64,000 bases of DNA from a virus. Shown piece by piece: positions 8,477 to 19,121 of this stretch (positions are counted from its first letter, which is position 1; every line of letters starts with the position of its first letter). The notes beneath the pieces were generated by a model that had not been told where the DNA came from, made no database searches, and saw only the letters and a list, made by a program, of their open reading frames with translations. Position numbers and translations under genes: made by a program. The stretch covers positions 1-64,000 of IMG/VR virus record IMGVR_UViG_3300018080_000117, one strand, 5' to 3'.

Positions 8477-10360
8477 TTAGTACACCCCTAACCTTTTTGT
8501 GATTGCGTACTGTCCTTGGGGGCTAGCTATTGCTAACTTATCTCCTGCGTCCATTTCACAAACCATGTATTCCGCGCTTTCAAAACTGGTATCTGTCGCA
8601 ACACTACCAATGGCAGTACCATCTACGTAAACATAAAAGTCACCCGGATTGTTACGGGTAACTTTAATGTGGTGCCAAGTATTAGCAGAGACAGGAGTTG
8701 CATCACTATTACGCAGGGTTGTAGCACTTCCCGCAGTCAGTTTTCTTAGTTGCAAAGACCCGTCTGTATTGAATTGCAAGAAATAGCCATTTTGGCTTCC
8801 GCTGTTCCAAACTAATTTTTCTTGGGCAGCAAACATTATTTGAGATGCTGTGCTTTGAGCATGAGAAAACCAAAATTCCCAAGTTCCGTATGCAGCATCA
8901 TTAGAAGACATAACACCTGTCCAAGGCAAAACAACTTCGTGCCCATTCCCGCCACCTTTGTCTAATACTTTGCAAAGCTGACCTTGAATCGTGTCGGAAG
9001 TTAATTGCCAATCATTGCCATTCAAAACCTCGAATGGGCCAACAAAGTCACCAGCAGTAGAACTTGATTTCTCCCGGTATCCCCACTCGGTCTTGAATTG
9101 AATTGCTTGTGCGCCTTCTTGATACTCGGCAAGTACTTCGTCAGCAGTAAGTGCTTGGTTATAAATACGAGCACGGGTAGATTGGCCTTGAAGTGTAGAC
9201 ACATAGCCAGCATCAAAACCATATCTCATTGTAGCAACGGCTGGCCAATTTGTGGTGTAAGAATCGGTTACCCCATCGGGCACACCATCACGATACATAG
9301 TAATTGTCCCATCACTTTCGTGAGTAACGCAAAGGTGAGTCCAAACGCCTTCAACCATATCATCCTGAAAATAAACAATTTTATTATTGGCATTAAGTCG
9401 GTAGCTCATCCCAAGACCTGCTTGATAAACAAATCGATATCCTGCAAACGTATTTCCCCAAATGATTTGATTGCTAGAGTCATCATCCATCCTGACCCAA
9501 CAAGACATGGTCAAAGGTCTGCCAGTTAGATTAGCTTTTGTTGTTGTATACTCGGCCATTTTAACACTTGTGCCAAGTAAACACTTTTCAGTAACGTTCG
9601 GCTCTCCACCCGTATCATTAGAAAACTCGGCAATAACACTAGGCTCTGCTCTGTTGACCAAGCCGCTTTGCGCCCACTGTCCGTCAATTGCAGCCACACA
9701 ACTACTGGGCAAAGGAGAAAGATTGGCTGGTACTTGGCTGTATTGTTTGGTTGGCCACTTGACGTTCTTGAGTTCTTGGTATACCGCTGCATGTTCTTCG
9801 GCAGTTAGTTGACGATTGAAAAATACCGCAGCATCCAACACATAATTTCGACTGCCGTAAACACTGTGCCCACAAGCAACGTTGCCAGCACCGTCTGTAA
9901 TGTTATTTAGAGTATTAGCACCTTGGTCAACAAAAGCACCATCTAAGTAAAAAGATGCTTTGGACCCATTGCCGAAAGAAGCTCCTGCACATTCAAAGTT
10001 TTTGTATTCGCCGAAGGAATAAGTAGAAAAAGTAGTTCCATCGTACACATTAAGGTCGTCGTCATAAGAGTAAAAATACCACTCATTAGCTCCTTTTACT
10101 GCAAATGCAAGACCGGATGAATCTTGTTGTTGAAACTTACCAAAAACAACCACAGATCCACCATTGCGAAAGTCAAAGTCATCGCTGTCTGCAATAGACA
10201 TGTATTGACGTTGAAAAAAGGAAGCATCTGTTGCAGATGCATTATTGCCATTTTCAGACCAATCTCTGGTTAGCCCAGACCGATAATCGATATAACAAAT
10301 ACATGTCCCGTCTGCAATTAAACTTTGCAAGTTGTTCATGAGTTCACTTCCTTGAGCCAA
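8477..10360 (-). CDS. LamG/concanavalin-like multi-domain virion protein
   Basis: Repeated WTHLCVT...YRDG, RIYNQALTADEV and WHHIKVTR LamG patterns. Confidence 0.8.
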   Translation of the reverse strand: MAQGSELMNNLQSLIADGTCICYIDYRSGLTRDWSENGNNASATDASFFQRQYMSIADSDDFDFRNGGSVVVFGKFQQQDSSGLAFAVKGANEWYFYSYDDDLNVYDGTTFSTYSFGEYKNFECAGASFGNGSKASFYLDGAFVDQGANTLNNITDGAGNVACGHSVYGSRNYVLDAAVFFNRQLTAEEHAAVYQELKNVKWPTKQYSQVPANLSPLPSSCVAAIDGQWAQSGLVNRAEPSVIAEFSNDTGGEPNVTEKCLLGTSVKMAEYTTTKANLTGRPLTMSCWVRMDDDSSNQIIWGNTFAGYRFVYQAGLGMSYRLNANNKIVYFQDDMVEGVWTHLCVTHESDGTITMYRDGVPDGVTDSYTTNWPAVATMRYGFDAGYVSTLQGQSTRARIYNQALTADEVLAEYQEGAQAIQFKTEWGYREKSSSTAGDFVGPFEVLNGNDWQLTSDTIQGQLCKVLDKGGGNGHEVVLPWTGVMSSNDAAYGTWEFWFSHAQSTASQIMFAAQEKLVWNSGSQNGYFLQFNTDGSLQLRKLTAGSATTLRNSDATPVSANTWHHIKVTRNNPGDFYVYVDGTAIGSVATDTSFESAEYMVCEMDAGDKLAIASPQGQYAITKRLGVY

Positions 10361-13300
10361 TGGGCCGCCAAAGATCTAAGCTGTAGTTCGCTTAGCGGAT
10401 CTAGCCACACCGCTGCTTTGTAGACGTACCCTAATAAATCCGAATCCCCGTCATTCAACTCGGGGTTTCTCCCAATATGGAATCCTAATTGAGGATCTGT
10501 GTAATAGGAATTATTTGCGGTACTGTAGACGGAACCGTATAAACTTGAGGTAAAATTTTCATAAACACTAAATCCCGCAAACCTAGTATCTGCCATTCCA
10601 TAAAGAAGTTTGGAATAAGCGATTCCCGAAGTCGTTCCTCCGGAATTGTAAGATGCAAATTGCAAAGCATTAGAACTGGTGGCACGCATAAAAACGCCTT
10701 GAATATTAGCTCCTGTCCAATCGGCGTTGCCCATAACATGGGCATACTGTTCTTGAGAACCAGGATCGTATTTCACTAAGCAGGCTAGTGTAAACGGTTT
10801 ACAAGGCAACAGATTGTTATTATTTACGGTTAGGTAACTCGATCCGTCCCCAGGAAAGTAATATCCAGACCCGGCCAACTTTTCGAGATTGCCGTTGATA
10901 GTAAAATGAAATCCATTACCAGACACATCCAAAGACTGATCACTAACTAACCGCACATCTAAATCATCCACTTCCAAGTATTGACCCGCGCCTGACGACG
11001 CTGATCTCACGTACAAGGCAGTTCCGGCTGTATGGCTAACAGTCCTTGTGAAATACGTCCAAGAGGTGGTTGCAGGAAGGGTTAGGTTGATCGATCCGTC
11101 TTGAGAAATTATCACTCCGTTGCTGGCACCATCTGTTCTGTACCACCCCGAGATCTGATAAGTTTCACCGTTGGTAAGAACATTTTGAAATACTCCAGGA
11201 TTGGCAGTACCCTGGTAAGCAATTTTTCCGTATCGAGTTCCTTTGCCACCTGTTCTAGCACCACTTTCTTTAGTCAACAATGGATTGTTTTGGTTAACCC
11301 AAACATCCCCAAATGTGCTTAGTTCCATATTCGCATCGCGAAATAAATTCGGACTTCCCGCCACACTGTCTGTGTCATGCGTGTCTGCGGTCATTGGCCA
11401 GTAGGCGTGTGCCCTATTCAACAAAGATACTGCATCGTCTTCGTGACTAACCTTAGTCAGGTAGTTAGACCCCGTATTTGTAAATTCATAAACACCAGAG
11501 CCTCGCTGTTCTTCGTAGCCAAAAACAGGACATCCACCAACAGCAAATTTGTAAGCGGTAGCATCTTGCGTCGTGAGGTTACCGCTATTAGGGTCTGACC
11601 TAAAATCAGCCCACATCATAACGTCGCCTAAGTCGTCCTCAGTCAACGTTCCCGCACGCCACAAGGCCATAAGGTTTTCAGCTTCGGCTTCGGACAACGC
11701 AGTGCCATCCCAGAAGGCAATAAACTCGATGTCACCGGGGAATTGATAATTTTGGGACTGCCAGTGGTTGCCGATAGAAGCTCCCAACGTAGAGCTTTCT
11801 ACAGGCCCTGTAGCGCCTGCGGTAGTTGTCGTAGGAAGGTCGTCTACGTACAGGTTCAATTCACTTGTACCGTCCCCGACGTATTCGTAGGTACCAACAA
11901 CACAACTAAGCTTTTTATCGACAACTGCTCCTGCAGCTTGGCAACTAGAGCTACCTGTCGTAGAGCGTACGAAAAGACCGTAATCGGTCCCTCCAGAAAC
12001 TCTAAGGTCCCAACCTGAATTGAACACATCGCCAGCAGTCATGATCATGTGGGTTCCGGAAGCTCCATTAGAACGAACACACGCCATAACTGTAAAAGAC
12101 CCCGAAGGGAAAAAGTCGGATCCTCCGTCCGCATTACGAGTCAAAAGCTCGTCTTGAACCCCATCAAAAGTCCATTTTGGGTACTTTTTACCGTCTAAGC
12201 TTTGGGTGTACACAGGTGACTTTTCAGGGTCTACCGAGAAATCCTGAATAAACACGGCATCGGTCAAATCGATGCTATCTCTGTTGTCGTTAAAATCAGA
12301 GATCAAAGCTAGCGCTTCAGCTTCTGTGAACTTTTTATTGAAGTATCCAACAAAACTAAGACTGCCATCTAAAGTATTAGCGCCGTCTAGAAAAATTCCT
12401 AAGCCGAATGTGTTGGTATCGAAGTTAGGCGGACCTACGGCATTGCTTACTTCAGATTTGTTTGTGCTGTCGATAAACAGGCCCATCTCGCTGGTGCCGT
12501 CAGCGACGTACTTGTACGTTGCTACGTAGGTCAGAGTCTTTGATACTTGTGCAACCGAGGCAAGAGCTAATGCTGTCGAGCTGCCTGCGCCAATCCCCCC
12601 ATCTTTGCTAACGAAGTAGCTTAGACCGTCGTTGAAGGTATACGTGGCCCAACCGTACTTAGCTGCAGCACCGGAGTTGCTGACATGCCAATGGCTACCG
12701 GAGACAGTGTTAGGGATTACAGACACCAACACCGAGAACTCGTTCAAGTCGAGTTCAGTGCCCTTAGTTGCTGCACGAGACAAGTAGTCACTAGAACCAT
12801 CTAATGTCCAATAGTGACGGTTGTTGTAGCGACTTATCTTTTCCGCAACCTCTGTACCGAAAGTCGCATTGAAAATTTTTATTCCATGAACCGTACCTTT
12901 GAATGGAACCGTTCCGCCTACATTAGCGTTGTGCGCTCCTACGGTAAGCCTCGTGTGCGTTCCGACACTCCAAGCGGTAGCGTCTGCTATTGTTAGTCCC
13001 ACACCATTTAGAAAAACGTCTGTGTTGCCAGAAGTAGAAGCAACCACTAAGCGGTTGCATTGATTTGTTTTCCACGAAGTTTCTACTTCGTTTTCGTTGA
13101 TTGAATCAATCGCTGTGCTATTGAAGCTTAGTAAATAATAATTTGCATTGCTGTCGTGCAAAAACCTATGTCTATTGGAACCAGAACCATTTTCGATATC
13201 CCAAAAGTAACGCACTACACCTTCGTCGTGCTCAAACTCAGGAGTAAATTCAAAAACAACGCTGCACGAATTCACATTTAGAAGGGTAGGCAAACGGAAC

Positions 13301-13470
13301 TGTAAGTAGTCGGCAGTTCCGTCCAACGTTACCCCTTCAGGCCCAAAAGAGGGGTCTCCAAGAATAATCCCTCCAGCACCTAAAACAGCTTCAGCAGAAT
13401 CAAATCGGTGCGCCCACACACAACCCATCTGTCGATCTGCTACAGTGCAGTATGTGTCAATGAAACTCAT
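10336..13470 (-). CDS. Large LamG-repeat/carbohydrate-binding fibre protein
   Basis: 1044 aa with several LamG modules, including two paralogous ones (YKYVADGTSEM and YEYVGDGTSEL), and a CBM-like segment (GETYQISGWYRT...LEVDDL). Confidence 0.8.
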   Translation of the reverse strand: MSFIDTYCTVADRQMGCVWAHRFDSAEAVLGAGGIILGDPSFGPEGVTLDGTADYLQFRLPTLLNVNSCSVVFEFTPEFEHDEGVVRYFWDIENGSGSNRHRFLHDSNANYYLLSFNSTAIDSINENEVETSWKTNQCNRLVVASTSGNTDVFLNGVGLTIADATAWSVGTHTRLTVGAHNANVGGTVPFKGTVHGIKIFNATFGTEVAEKISRYNNRHYWTLDGSSDYLSRAATKGTELDLNEFSVLVSVIPNTVSGSHWHVSNSGAAAKYGWATYTFNDGLSYFVSKDGGIGAGSSTALALASVAQVSKTLTYVATYKYVADGTSEMGLFIDSTNKSEVSNAVGPPNFDTNTFGLGIFLDGANTLDGSLSFVGYFNKKFTEAEALALISDFNDNRDSIDLTDAVFIQDFSVDPEKSPVYTQSLDGKKYPKWTFDGVQDELLTRNADGGSDFFPSGSFTVMACVRSNGASGTHMIMTAGDVFNSGWDLRVSGGTDYGLFVRSTTGSSSCQAAGAVVDKKLSCVVGTYEYVGDGTSELNLYVDDLPTTTTAGATGPVESSTLGASIGNHWQSQNYQFPGDIEFIAFWDGTALSEAEAENLMALWRAGTLTEDDLGDVMMWADFRSDPNSGNLTTQDATAYKFAVGGCPVFGYEEQRGSGVYEFTNTGSNYLTKVSHEDDAVSLLNRAHAYWPMTADTHDTDSVAGSPNLFRDANMELSTFGDVWVNQNNPLLTKESGARTGGKGTRYGKIAYQGTANPGVFQNVLTNGETYQISGWYRTDGASNGVIISQDGSINLTLPATTSWTYFTRTVSHTAGTALYVRSASSGAGQYLEVDDLDVRLVSDQSLDVSGNGFHFTINGNLEKLAGSGYYFPGDGSSYLTVNNNNLLPCKPFTLACLVKYDPGSQEQYAHVMGNADWTGANIQGVFMRATSSNALQFASYNSGGTTSGIAYSKLLYGMADTRFAGFSVYENFTSSLYGSVYSTANNSYYTDPQLGFHIGRNPELNDGDSDLLGYVYKAAVWLDPLSELQLRSLAAHWLKEVNS

Positions 13471-13479
13471 AAGCTAACC

Positions 13480-14064
13480 TCACAAAGTAGTTTCAGCTTG
13501 GGTGCCGGGTTTATCTATCTCATAGTGGAAATCTAATTCAAGAAGAGCCGGTCTATTTCCAGCGGTGTTTGTGGACCAAGAGTCTCCAGCGAGCCTGTAC
13601 ACTCTGCCAACGATCATATGAGAAAAACTTAATCCGGTACCACTCATCGAGGCTGTTGCTTCTTGGTACTGGTGCTTATCGTTGGTTCCATCACACGTAG
13701 CAGTGCAGTCAAACGTTGTAGTTGCGGGGAATGTGTCGTCTATGGTAGCAGCAGTGAGTTCCACACGCCAATTGACGGTATTTCCATTTTCTGCAACTCC
13801 TCTTGAATGAGGGGTCCAGTGAATGTGTACGTTCAAATCGCTTCCTGGTTTATAATAATGAGGCATTTGAGTTGCAAAATAAAGAACATCTCCCTCATCA
13901 AAGCACACAAGCTGTAAGTTAGTTTTCCAAGTTATTATTTCTGGGTCAGTTCCTGCACCAGTGGGTTTATAAATAGTTTGGGCAGCTACTCTCAAATCTG
14001 TCCAATGGGTATCACGGTACTCTATTCGATCAACACCACTCTTCGTCGATGCTACCAAAGACAT
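13480..14064 (-). CDS. Putative virion structural protein
   Basis: 194 aa beta-rich ORF (QMPHYYKPGSDL.VHIHW), coupled to its neighbours. Confidence 0.6.
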   Translation of the reverse strand: MSLVASTKSGVDRIEYRDTHWTDLRVAAQTIYKPTGAGTDPEIITWKTNLQLVCFDEGDVLYFATQMPHYYKPGSDLNVHIHWTPHSRGVAENGNTVNWRVELTAATIDDTFPATTTFDCTATCDGTNDKHQYQEATASMSGTGLSFSHMIVGRVYRLAGDSWSTNTAGNRPALLELDFHYEIDKPGTQAETTL

Positions 14065-14484
14065 TAGTCTATCCTCCTGGCAAACGTTAGATAGGTTGTA
14101 TCTGTGTTGATATCACCGTCGCTTTGGAAATCTCCTGAAGTAGCAAAATCTCCGTAGCTTAATGTTCCGGTACCTTCATCAATCGTAATGTTGCCGGAGT
14201 CTCCTGTTAGACCAGTGTCACTAGTTATAAACAAGTGAGATCCATTTCTAATCGCACTGACGGCTTACTAACAAGGCACCCGTAAAGTTGCCAGAGCCCA
14301 CGTTGATCACAACGCTGTGGTTGATTAGAAAAGGCAATCGATCAAAAGCTTCTTGTAACGTTGCTAAAGGAGCTGCTGCAGTACCGGGAGCGTCATCGTC
14401 ACCCGTGATTTCGACATAAAACGTAATGTTTTGCGTAGTCTGTTCAACACGATCAAAAGGAGTGCTAGATAGCTTAATTGCCAT
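14064..14484 (-). pseudogene. Internally deleted, frameshifted paralog of the 487-aa beta-helix protein
   Basis: The first ~72 codons match the N-terminus of 14485..15948. Another frame (IRNGSHLFITSDTGLTGDSGNITIDEG...TYLTFARRID*) matches its C-terminus. About 350 codons are missing. Confidence 0.85.
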
Positions 14485-15948
14485 TTAGTCCTTCCTGCGA
14501 ATGTACGTAGCAAATCCCGAGTCAAAGCGTTTGTCATCGTCGCTAGCAAAATCAGTGCCCCAAACTAACGTATTGGCACCCTCATCAATGGTCGCATCGC
14601 CTGTTGTTCCAGTGACGTCTGTATCGCCTGTAATAATGGCCCTGGAGCCGTTTGTTAGCTCCAACCCGTACCCTGTATTGCCTGTTCCAGTGACGTCGTC
14701 TAGGGACACGCAGGATCCGAACTGGGCGCAAATACCAGAAGCTCCGTTATCTGAAATTGTTGCAGCAGCAATATCGATTGACGAACTACCTGTGCGATTA
14801 CCTACTCCCGCTGCAACTTCGTCAATTAGAATTCCGTAAGATCCGTTATCACTAATGGTGCCTCCATCAATATTCACAGATAGGACAGACTTGATGTAGA
14901 GACCAGAATTTGTGGCGTTGGTAATTGACAGCTCATCGTCAAAATCCAAGTAGTTGCAAGCAATGGCTCTTACACCGCAATCTGTGCAACTATCAGATCT
15001 AAACTTAGGAAAACTTACTAAACTACAATAAAGAACACGCAAACCGATCGCACAAGCGTCTGCTACAAAGCCCGTTCCTTGGCCAATAACATTTGCTGAA
15101 TAAACAGTAATTCCTTCTGAACTACAATTGTACGCCATTGCTCCTGAACCGTCTCGAACACGACCCCCGGACTCACCTAAAAAGTAAATTCCATAAACAG
15201 TGCTTTCCGCGTAAATATTTTCATATTCAACTTCGCCATACCACACCTGCCAAATAAACCCAACTACTCCACCTGTTGTGTTACAATTTTTATAATAAAG
15301 CGGAACAGAACGTGAGCAGCCAAAACCAAAAGAGACTCCACTCGTTTTCATATTCTCGACAGTGATGGCGTTCCTAGGAACGTCTGAATTTTTTATAGCT
15401 AATCCAGAAGCACCTTCAACAGGGTCTGCGGAGTTAATAATCGTTTTTTGCTCTACAATCGAATAAGCTTTGCCGTTAGAAGCACCTGACAGGTCATCTA
15501 CTAACTCCATACTTGTTGCGTCATTACTTCTAATGTGCCGATACTCACCGTCAACCAAAACCAACATCCCACGAAGTTCGTTGACAGTCCACGCTTGCCC
15601 AGAGTCGCCAACCGTGTCTGTATCGCCGCTGTCGGCAGTACCGGAAGCAGTTCCACCAGTCAAAGTAGGAGCACCGAGTTCTCCGGTAATAGTAAGCGAG
15701 CCGCTTGAATCAAACGTAACGCCATCGATCAAAGCGCCTTGAAAATTACCATCGCCTACGTTGATCTGATACGTGTTGCTGTTGTACTTAGGAATCCTAT
15801 TAATCGCTTCTTGAATTGTGGCTAACGGTGTGGCTGCAGTAATTCCGTTGGCGTCGTCGTCCCCGGTAGTTTCCACGTAGTACGTAATATCCTGCGTAGA
15901 TCTCTGCAACCTATCAAAAGGCGTTGAAGACAACTGAGCCATTAGCAT
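14485..15948 (-). CDS. Right-handed beta-helix (pectin lyase-like) fibre/spike protein
   Basis: YYVETTGDD..G..AATPLATIQEAI cap followed by N/G-rich beta-helix repeats (ISDNGSYGI, ISDNGASGI). Confidence 0.75.
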   Translation of the reverse strand: MLMAQLSSTPFDRLQRSTQDITYYVETTGDDDANGITAATPLATIQEAINRIPKYNSNTYQINVGDGNFQGALIDGVTFDSSGSLTITGELGAPTLTGGTASGTADSGDTDTVGDSGQAWTVNELRGMLVLVDGEYRHIRSNDATSMELVDDLSGASNGKAYSIVEQKTIINSADPVEGASGLAIKNSDVPRNAITVENMKTSGVSFGFGCSRSVPLYYKNCNTTGGVVGFIWQVWYGEVEYENIYAESTVYGIYFLGESGGRVRDGSGAMAYNCSSEGITVYSANVIGQGTGFVADACAIGLRVLYCSLVSFPKFRSDSCTDCGVRAIACNYLDFDDELSITNATNSGLYIKSVLSVNIDGGTISDNGSYGILIDEVAAGVGNRTGSSSIDIAAATISDNGASGICAQFGSCVSLDDVTGTGNTGYGLELTNGSRAIITGDTDVTGTTGDATIDEGANTLVWGTDFASDDDKRFDSGFATYIRRKD

Positions 15949-15954
15949 CCCCTT

Positions 15955-16350
15955 TTACGGTCCGGCGTCTACGTCAGGCGGGTTCAATTCTTGGTGGCGC
16001 TCTCGAAGGGCTGTGTGGATGGCTCTGATTTGCTCTAGCGTAAGGCTTTTTCCATTACGATCCTTACACGTCGGATGGCGTTTGACGTCGTGATAGCTGT
16101 CCCCCAACAAAAGCCTAGCCACAACAGCGTCTACCAAGTCTGCTGTAACCCTAATGTCGTTCGACCCTTGATTTACAGGGCGATCAAACACAGTTCCTTC
16201 GAACGCCGCAGCGTTGAGCCTACTGACCCGATTTTCTATGGTCTGTGCGTCTTGCTCGGACAATTCGGTAATTCCCGGCTTTTTTCTTATTCTTGAAGGT
16301 GGTTCCATTTCTTTCTCCCAATTGTGTATATTGACATCTAGACCTCTCAA
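15955..16350 (-). CDS. Hypothetical protein
   Basis: 131-aa ORF tightly packed in the operon. Confidence 0.6.
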   Translation of the reverse strand: MRGLDVNIHNWEKEMEPPSRIRKKPGITELSEQDAQTIENRVSRLNAAAFEGTVFDRPVNQGSNDIRVTADLVDAVVARLLLGDSYHDVKRHPTCKDRNGKSLTLEQIRAIHTALRERHQELNPPDVDAGP

Positions 16351-16931
16351 ACCGGTACGATACTTCCGCCATCTAGTTCTAGGTAGGTAAAAAACACATC
16401 CATGGTAAAGTCCACGGGGTTGTCCGTTGTGGTGTAATTAAATCTTATGTAAGTAGTTGCTCCGCTTTTGGCAGTTACAATAAACGGTTGGCCTACTTTT
16501 TTGTTAGAGGCCTCCATCACCCTGCACTGATTTGCCAAGTTAACCAAATAGGGTTCTGTGCTAGCATCCATTTTACTAAACAAAGTTCCCACCGAGGCGT
16601 TACTCAAAGTAGCTCCAGGGGAGTTGTCAGTCAGCAAAACCGAATTGGTTCCATCCCAAAGGTCCGCATAAACAGCAGTCATGTTAGTTAGGGTTGTGAC
16701 ACTTTTAATGATCGCCCACTGCTCCATAATCAGAACGCTACCCGTCAGAACAAAAACGTTAACATTCACAGACCCTGTACCGGTGATTGCAACGTCTTCA
16801 ACAACTAACAGTCTTCCTGCGGATCTTTCTGAGTAACAAGCTACTGAATTGTGTAAATACCCACCGTCGCTATGGGGGGTAACAACCTTATACAAATCAC
16901 ATGAGCTAAGTTTTGCCATTTCCCGCCCCAA
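16347..16931 (-). CDS. Putative virion structural protein
   Basis: Beta-rich 194-aa ORF in the structural module. Confidence 0.6.
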   Translation of the reverse strand: MGREMAKLSSCDLYKVVTPHSDGGYLHNSVACYSERSAGRLLVVEDVAITGTGSVNVNVFVLTGSVLIMEQWAIIKSVTTLTNMTAVYADLWDGTNSVLLTDNSPGATLSNASVGTLFSKMDASTEPYLVNLANQCRVMEASNKKVGQPFIVTAKSGATTYIRFNYTTTDNPVDFTMDVFFTYLELDGGSIVPV

Positions 16932-16937
16932 ACCTAT

Positions 16938-17654
16938 TTAGTAAAGCTTCTTACAGTAGATCGTCCAGTCACCTGTGTTGCCTCCGGTTGCGGCAACTAT
17001 TTTAACTCGAACGTATTTCATCAAACTCAACGATTCGGCATTGTCCAACAACATGTCGGAAGTAGAACCAGCAGCGGCCACGACAGAAGCTACGCCAAAC
17101 ACATCGTTTGTAATGTCTTGGTACGTACAGCTTCCAGGTGCGGTCCCGTCGTCTTGAATGGTACCTTCTACGGTTACCGTTACCGTACCTGCTGCACAAT
17201 CTAACTCCAACTGGTAAGCAATTTTGCGGAACCCGTTCATGTCGACGTAGTAATAGTACGTATCGTCGGTTCCGTTGGTCACGTCCGCCAACGTAATTGT
17301 TTGGTAGTGCTGGCTAACGGGATCCGATTCTGCGGTTGCTAAGTTATTAGCAGCCCACGAATAACCCGCTAACACTAATTGACCGTACAAGTCAGCGGTC
17401 AAAAACACCGCGTCGTTTTGCGCAACGCCAGCGGCTTGAGAGCTTCTTGCACGAGCACCTGCCAAAGCTACTTTTTGAGCGGCTATTGCAGTGTCGTGAT
17501 CGATCTCAAACTCGGTTTGCACCAAAAAGTCTGCGTCGGTTGGAGGAGCGACACGAACACCGTTTGCGGCCAACCCCGTACCAAGACGGTTTTTAGTATC
17601 GGGGTTACTACCGTCAACGATACGAACGCTATCTGGCTGCGGTCCCTTGCCCAT
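16938..17654 (-). CDS. Putative virion structural protein
   Basis: 238 aa, Ala/Thr/Gly-rich, with GGAG upstream. Confidence 0.65.
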   Translation of the reverse strand: MGKGPQPDSVRIVDGSNPDTKNRLGTGLAANGVRVAPPTDADFLVQTEFEIDHDTAIAAQKVALAGARARSSQAAGVAQNDAVFLTADLYGQLVLAGYSWAANNLATAESDPVSQHYQTITLADVTNGTDDTYYYYVDMNGFRKIAYQLELDCAAGTVTVTVEGTIQDDGTAPGSCTYQDITNDVFGVASVVAAAGSTSDMLLDNAESLSLMKYVRVKIVAATGGNTGDWTIYCKKLY

Positions 17655-17668
17655 AATCTACGCTCCTC

Positions 17669-18004
17669 TTAGCTATCCAACACAGCAATAACTTTGTACG
17701 TCACGTTTGCTACAGTCGAACGCAACGTAATGGAGTCAACCTGTGTTTTGATGTGCAAGTCTCGTAAAGAATAAATTTCGAGGTACGTCGCACCTCCGTC
17801 AAAACTTACTTCAAAATTGTCGGCGTCGTCTGTATTGAAAACGTAGACATCGGTAGTGCTGTTACTAAAAGAAATATTAGTTACGCCGACCCCTAACGAT
17901 CCCGAAAACACCTCAGGCGGGCCGGACGTAGTTGCGTAACCGGTTCCCTCACCACCGCCACCGCCACCACCTCTTTGACCCCATACAAAATAATTGACTG
18001 GCAT
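17669..18004 (-). CDS. Small structural protein with poly-Gly linker
   Basis: 111 aa, GGAGG RBS, seven-Gly run near the N-terminus. Confidence 0.65.
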   Translation of the reverse strand: MPVNYFVWGQRGGGGGGGEGTGYATTSGPPEVFSGSLGVGVTNISFSNSTTDVYVFNTDDADNFEVSFDGGATYLEIYSLRDLHIKTQVDSITLRSTVANVTYKVIAVLDS

Positions 18005-18018
18005 CGTCTCCTCCAGAT

Positions 18019-18879
18019 TTATGTCGTGAACCCGCTCAACAAGCGTGACCAGAATCCTGAGGGCAAGGAGCTTAGATAACGCATCTCTCTAACCCCGCCT
18101 GGTGTGAATTGGTACAGCACAGCTCCCTTTGTCAAATAGAGCTTTTTCAACGCGCTTACTTGCTCCGAAAATCTCCCAAGCAAACTCGCAAGCATCGAAC
18201 TAATGTTTCCAAAGTGGCTTACTGAGAAGCTGTTGCCACCTAAGCTGTAATCGTAATCTGTATCGATCGCGAAAATTCCCTGCGCTTCTAATGCTGCAAT
18301 CGTCGCAGCGTCGATCATTAGCCCACCAAACTGGCTAAACGGGAAAGTATCGACAGTTAGGGCGGTGTAAGGAGGAAACAAGTTTATATACTGCACACCT
18401 CGTTCGAGGTAAAAAATTAGGTGCTTATCGTCGTACCCGTAAAAGAACCTTATCGGATCTTCGTCGTTGCGGTCCATGTTTTCAATGTAATCAACAACGC
18501 TCTTTCGAGCCTTGTCTACTTGGCTACGAAGTATCGCGGCGTACTTGAAGTATTTAGCGGGAACGCTTCGGGCGTAAACGTTGTTGTTCAACACGTCGTT
18601 GGTGAGAATGCACCGAAAGTTAGCTAAGTACTCGTTGCCGTATGTCGACGTGTTGAGGTTGTAATGGTAGACACCCGAAGCACTGTGGGTAATTGTAGAA
18701 TTCCCTTCGGGCGGAAAACTTACATTTACGACGGCTGAATCGTTGGTCAAGTCAATCAGCTTGAACGTACTATCGGTAACTACGTCGGTCAAAATGCCTG
18801 TCCGAGGATCCCGAACAAAGATCGTTAGTTTTTCAGAAGTGTTCTCCAGGAACACGTCAAAATCTGTAACTGTCTGCAT
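18019..18879 (-). CDS. Head-tail adaptor (neck) protein
   Basis: N-terminal Ig-like part (GVYHYN) plus helical adaptor part (INLFPPYT, DYDYSLGGNS). Lies after the capsid genes. Confidence 0.65.
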   Translation of the reverse strand: MQTVTDFDVFLENTSEKLTIFVRDPRTGILTDVVTDSTFKLIDLTNDSAVVNVSFPPEGNSTITHSASGVYHYNLNTSTYGNEYLANFRCILTNDVLNNNVYARSVPAKYFKYAAILRSQVDKARKSVVDYIENMDRNDEDPIRFFYGYDDKHLIFYLERGVQYINLFPPYTALTVDTFPFSQFGGLMIDAATIAALEAQGIFAIDTDYDYSLGGNSFSVSHFGNISSMLASLLGRFSEQVSALKKLYLTKGAVLYQFTPGGVREMRYLSSLPSGFWSRLLSGFTT

Positions 18880-18881
18880 TG

Positions 18882-19121
18882 CTACTCCTCGCTGAAGAGG
18901 ATTTTTTTGATCTTGCGTACTGCGTCATCAAATCGAGCACATTCAGAATTCACATAAGCAAATCGCAGACGTTCGATCTCAGGGGAGTAATTAAAGACAA
19001 ACTGGTAGGACTTGCCGAATTTTTTAGCTCGGGAAAGGTCGTAACCTTTCATAAGCAGATAAGCGGCAAAACTAAGGTCATTCGTCACAAAAGGCTTACT
19101 TTGGCTAACCGCGTCTTGCAA
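18882..19121 (-). CDS. DUF5659-like small protein
   Basis: FVTNDLSFAAYL...FVF...YVNS pattern. Confidence 0.55.
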   Translation of the reverse strand: MQDAVSQSKPFVTNDLSFAAYLLMKGYDLSRAKKFGKSYQFVFNYSPEIERLRFAYVNSECARFDDAVRKIKKILFSEE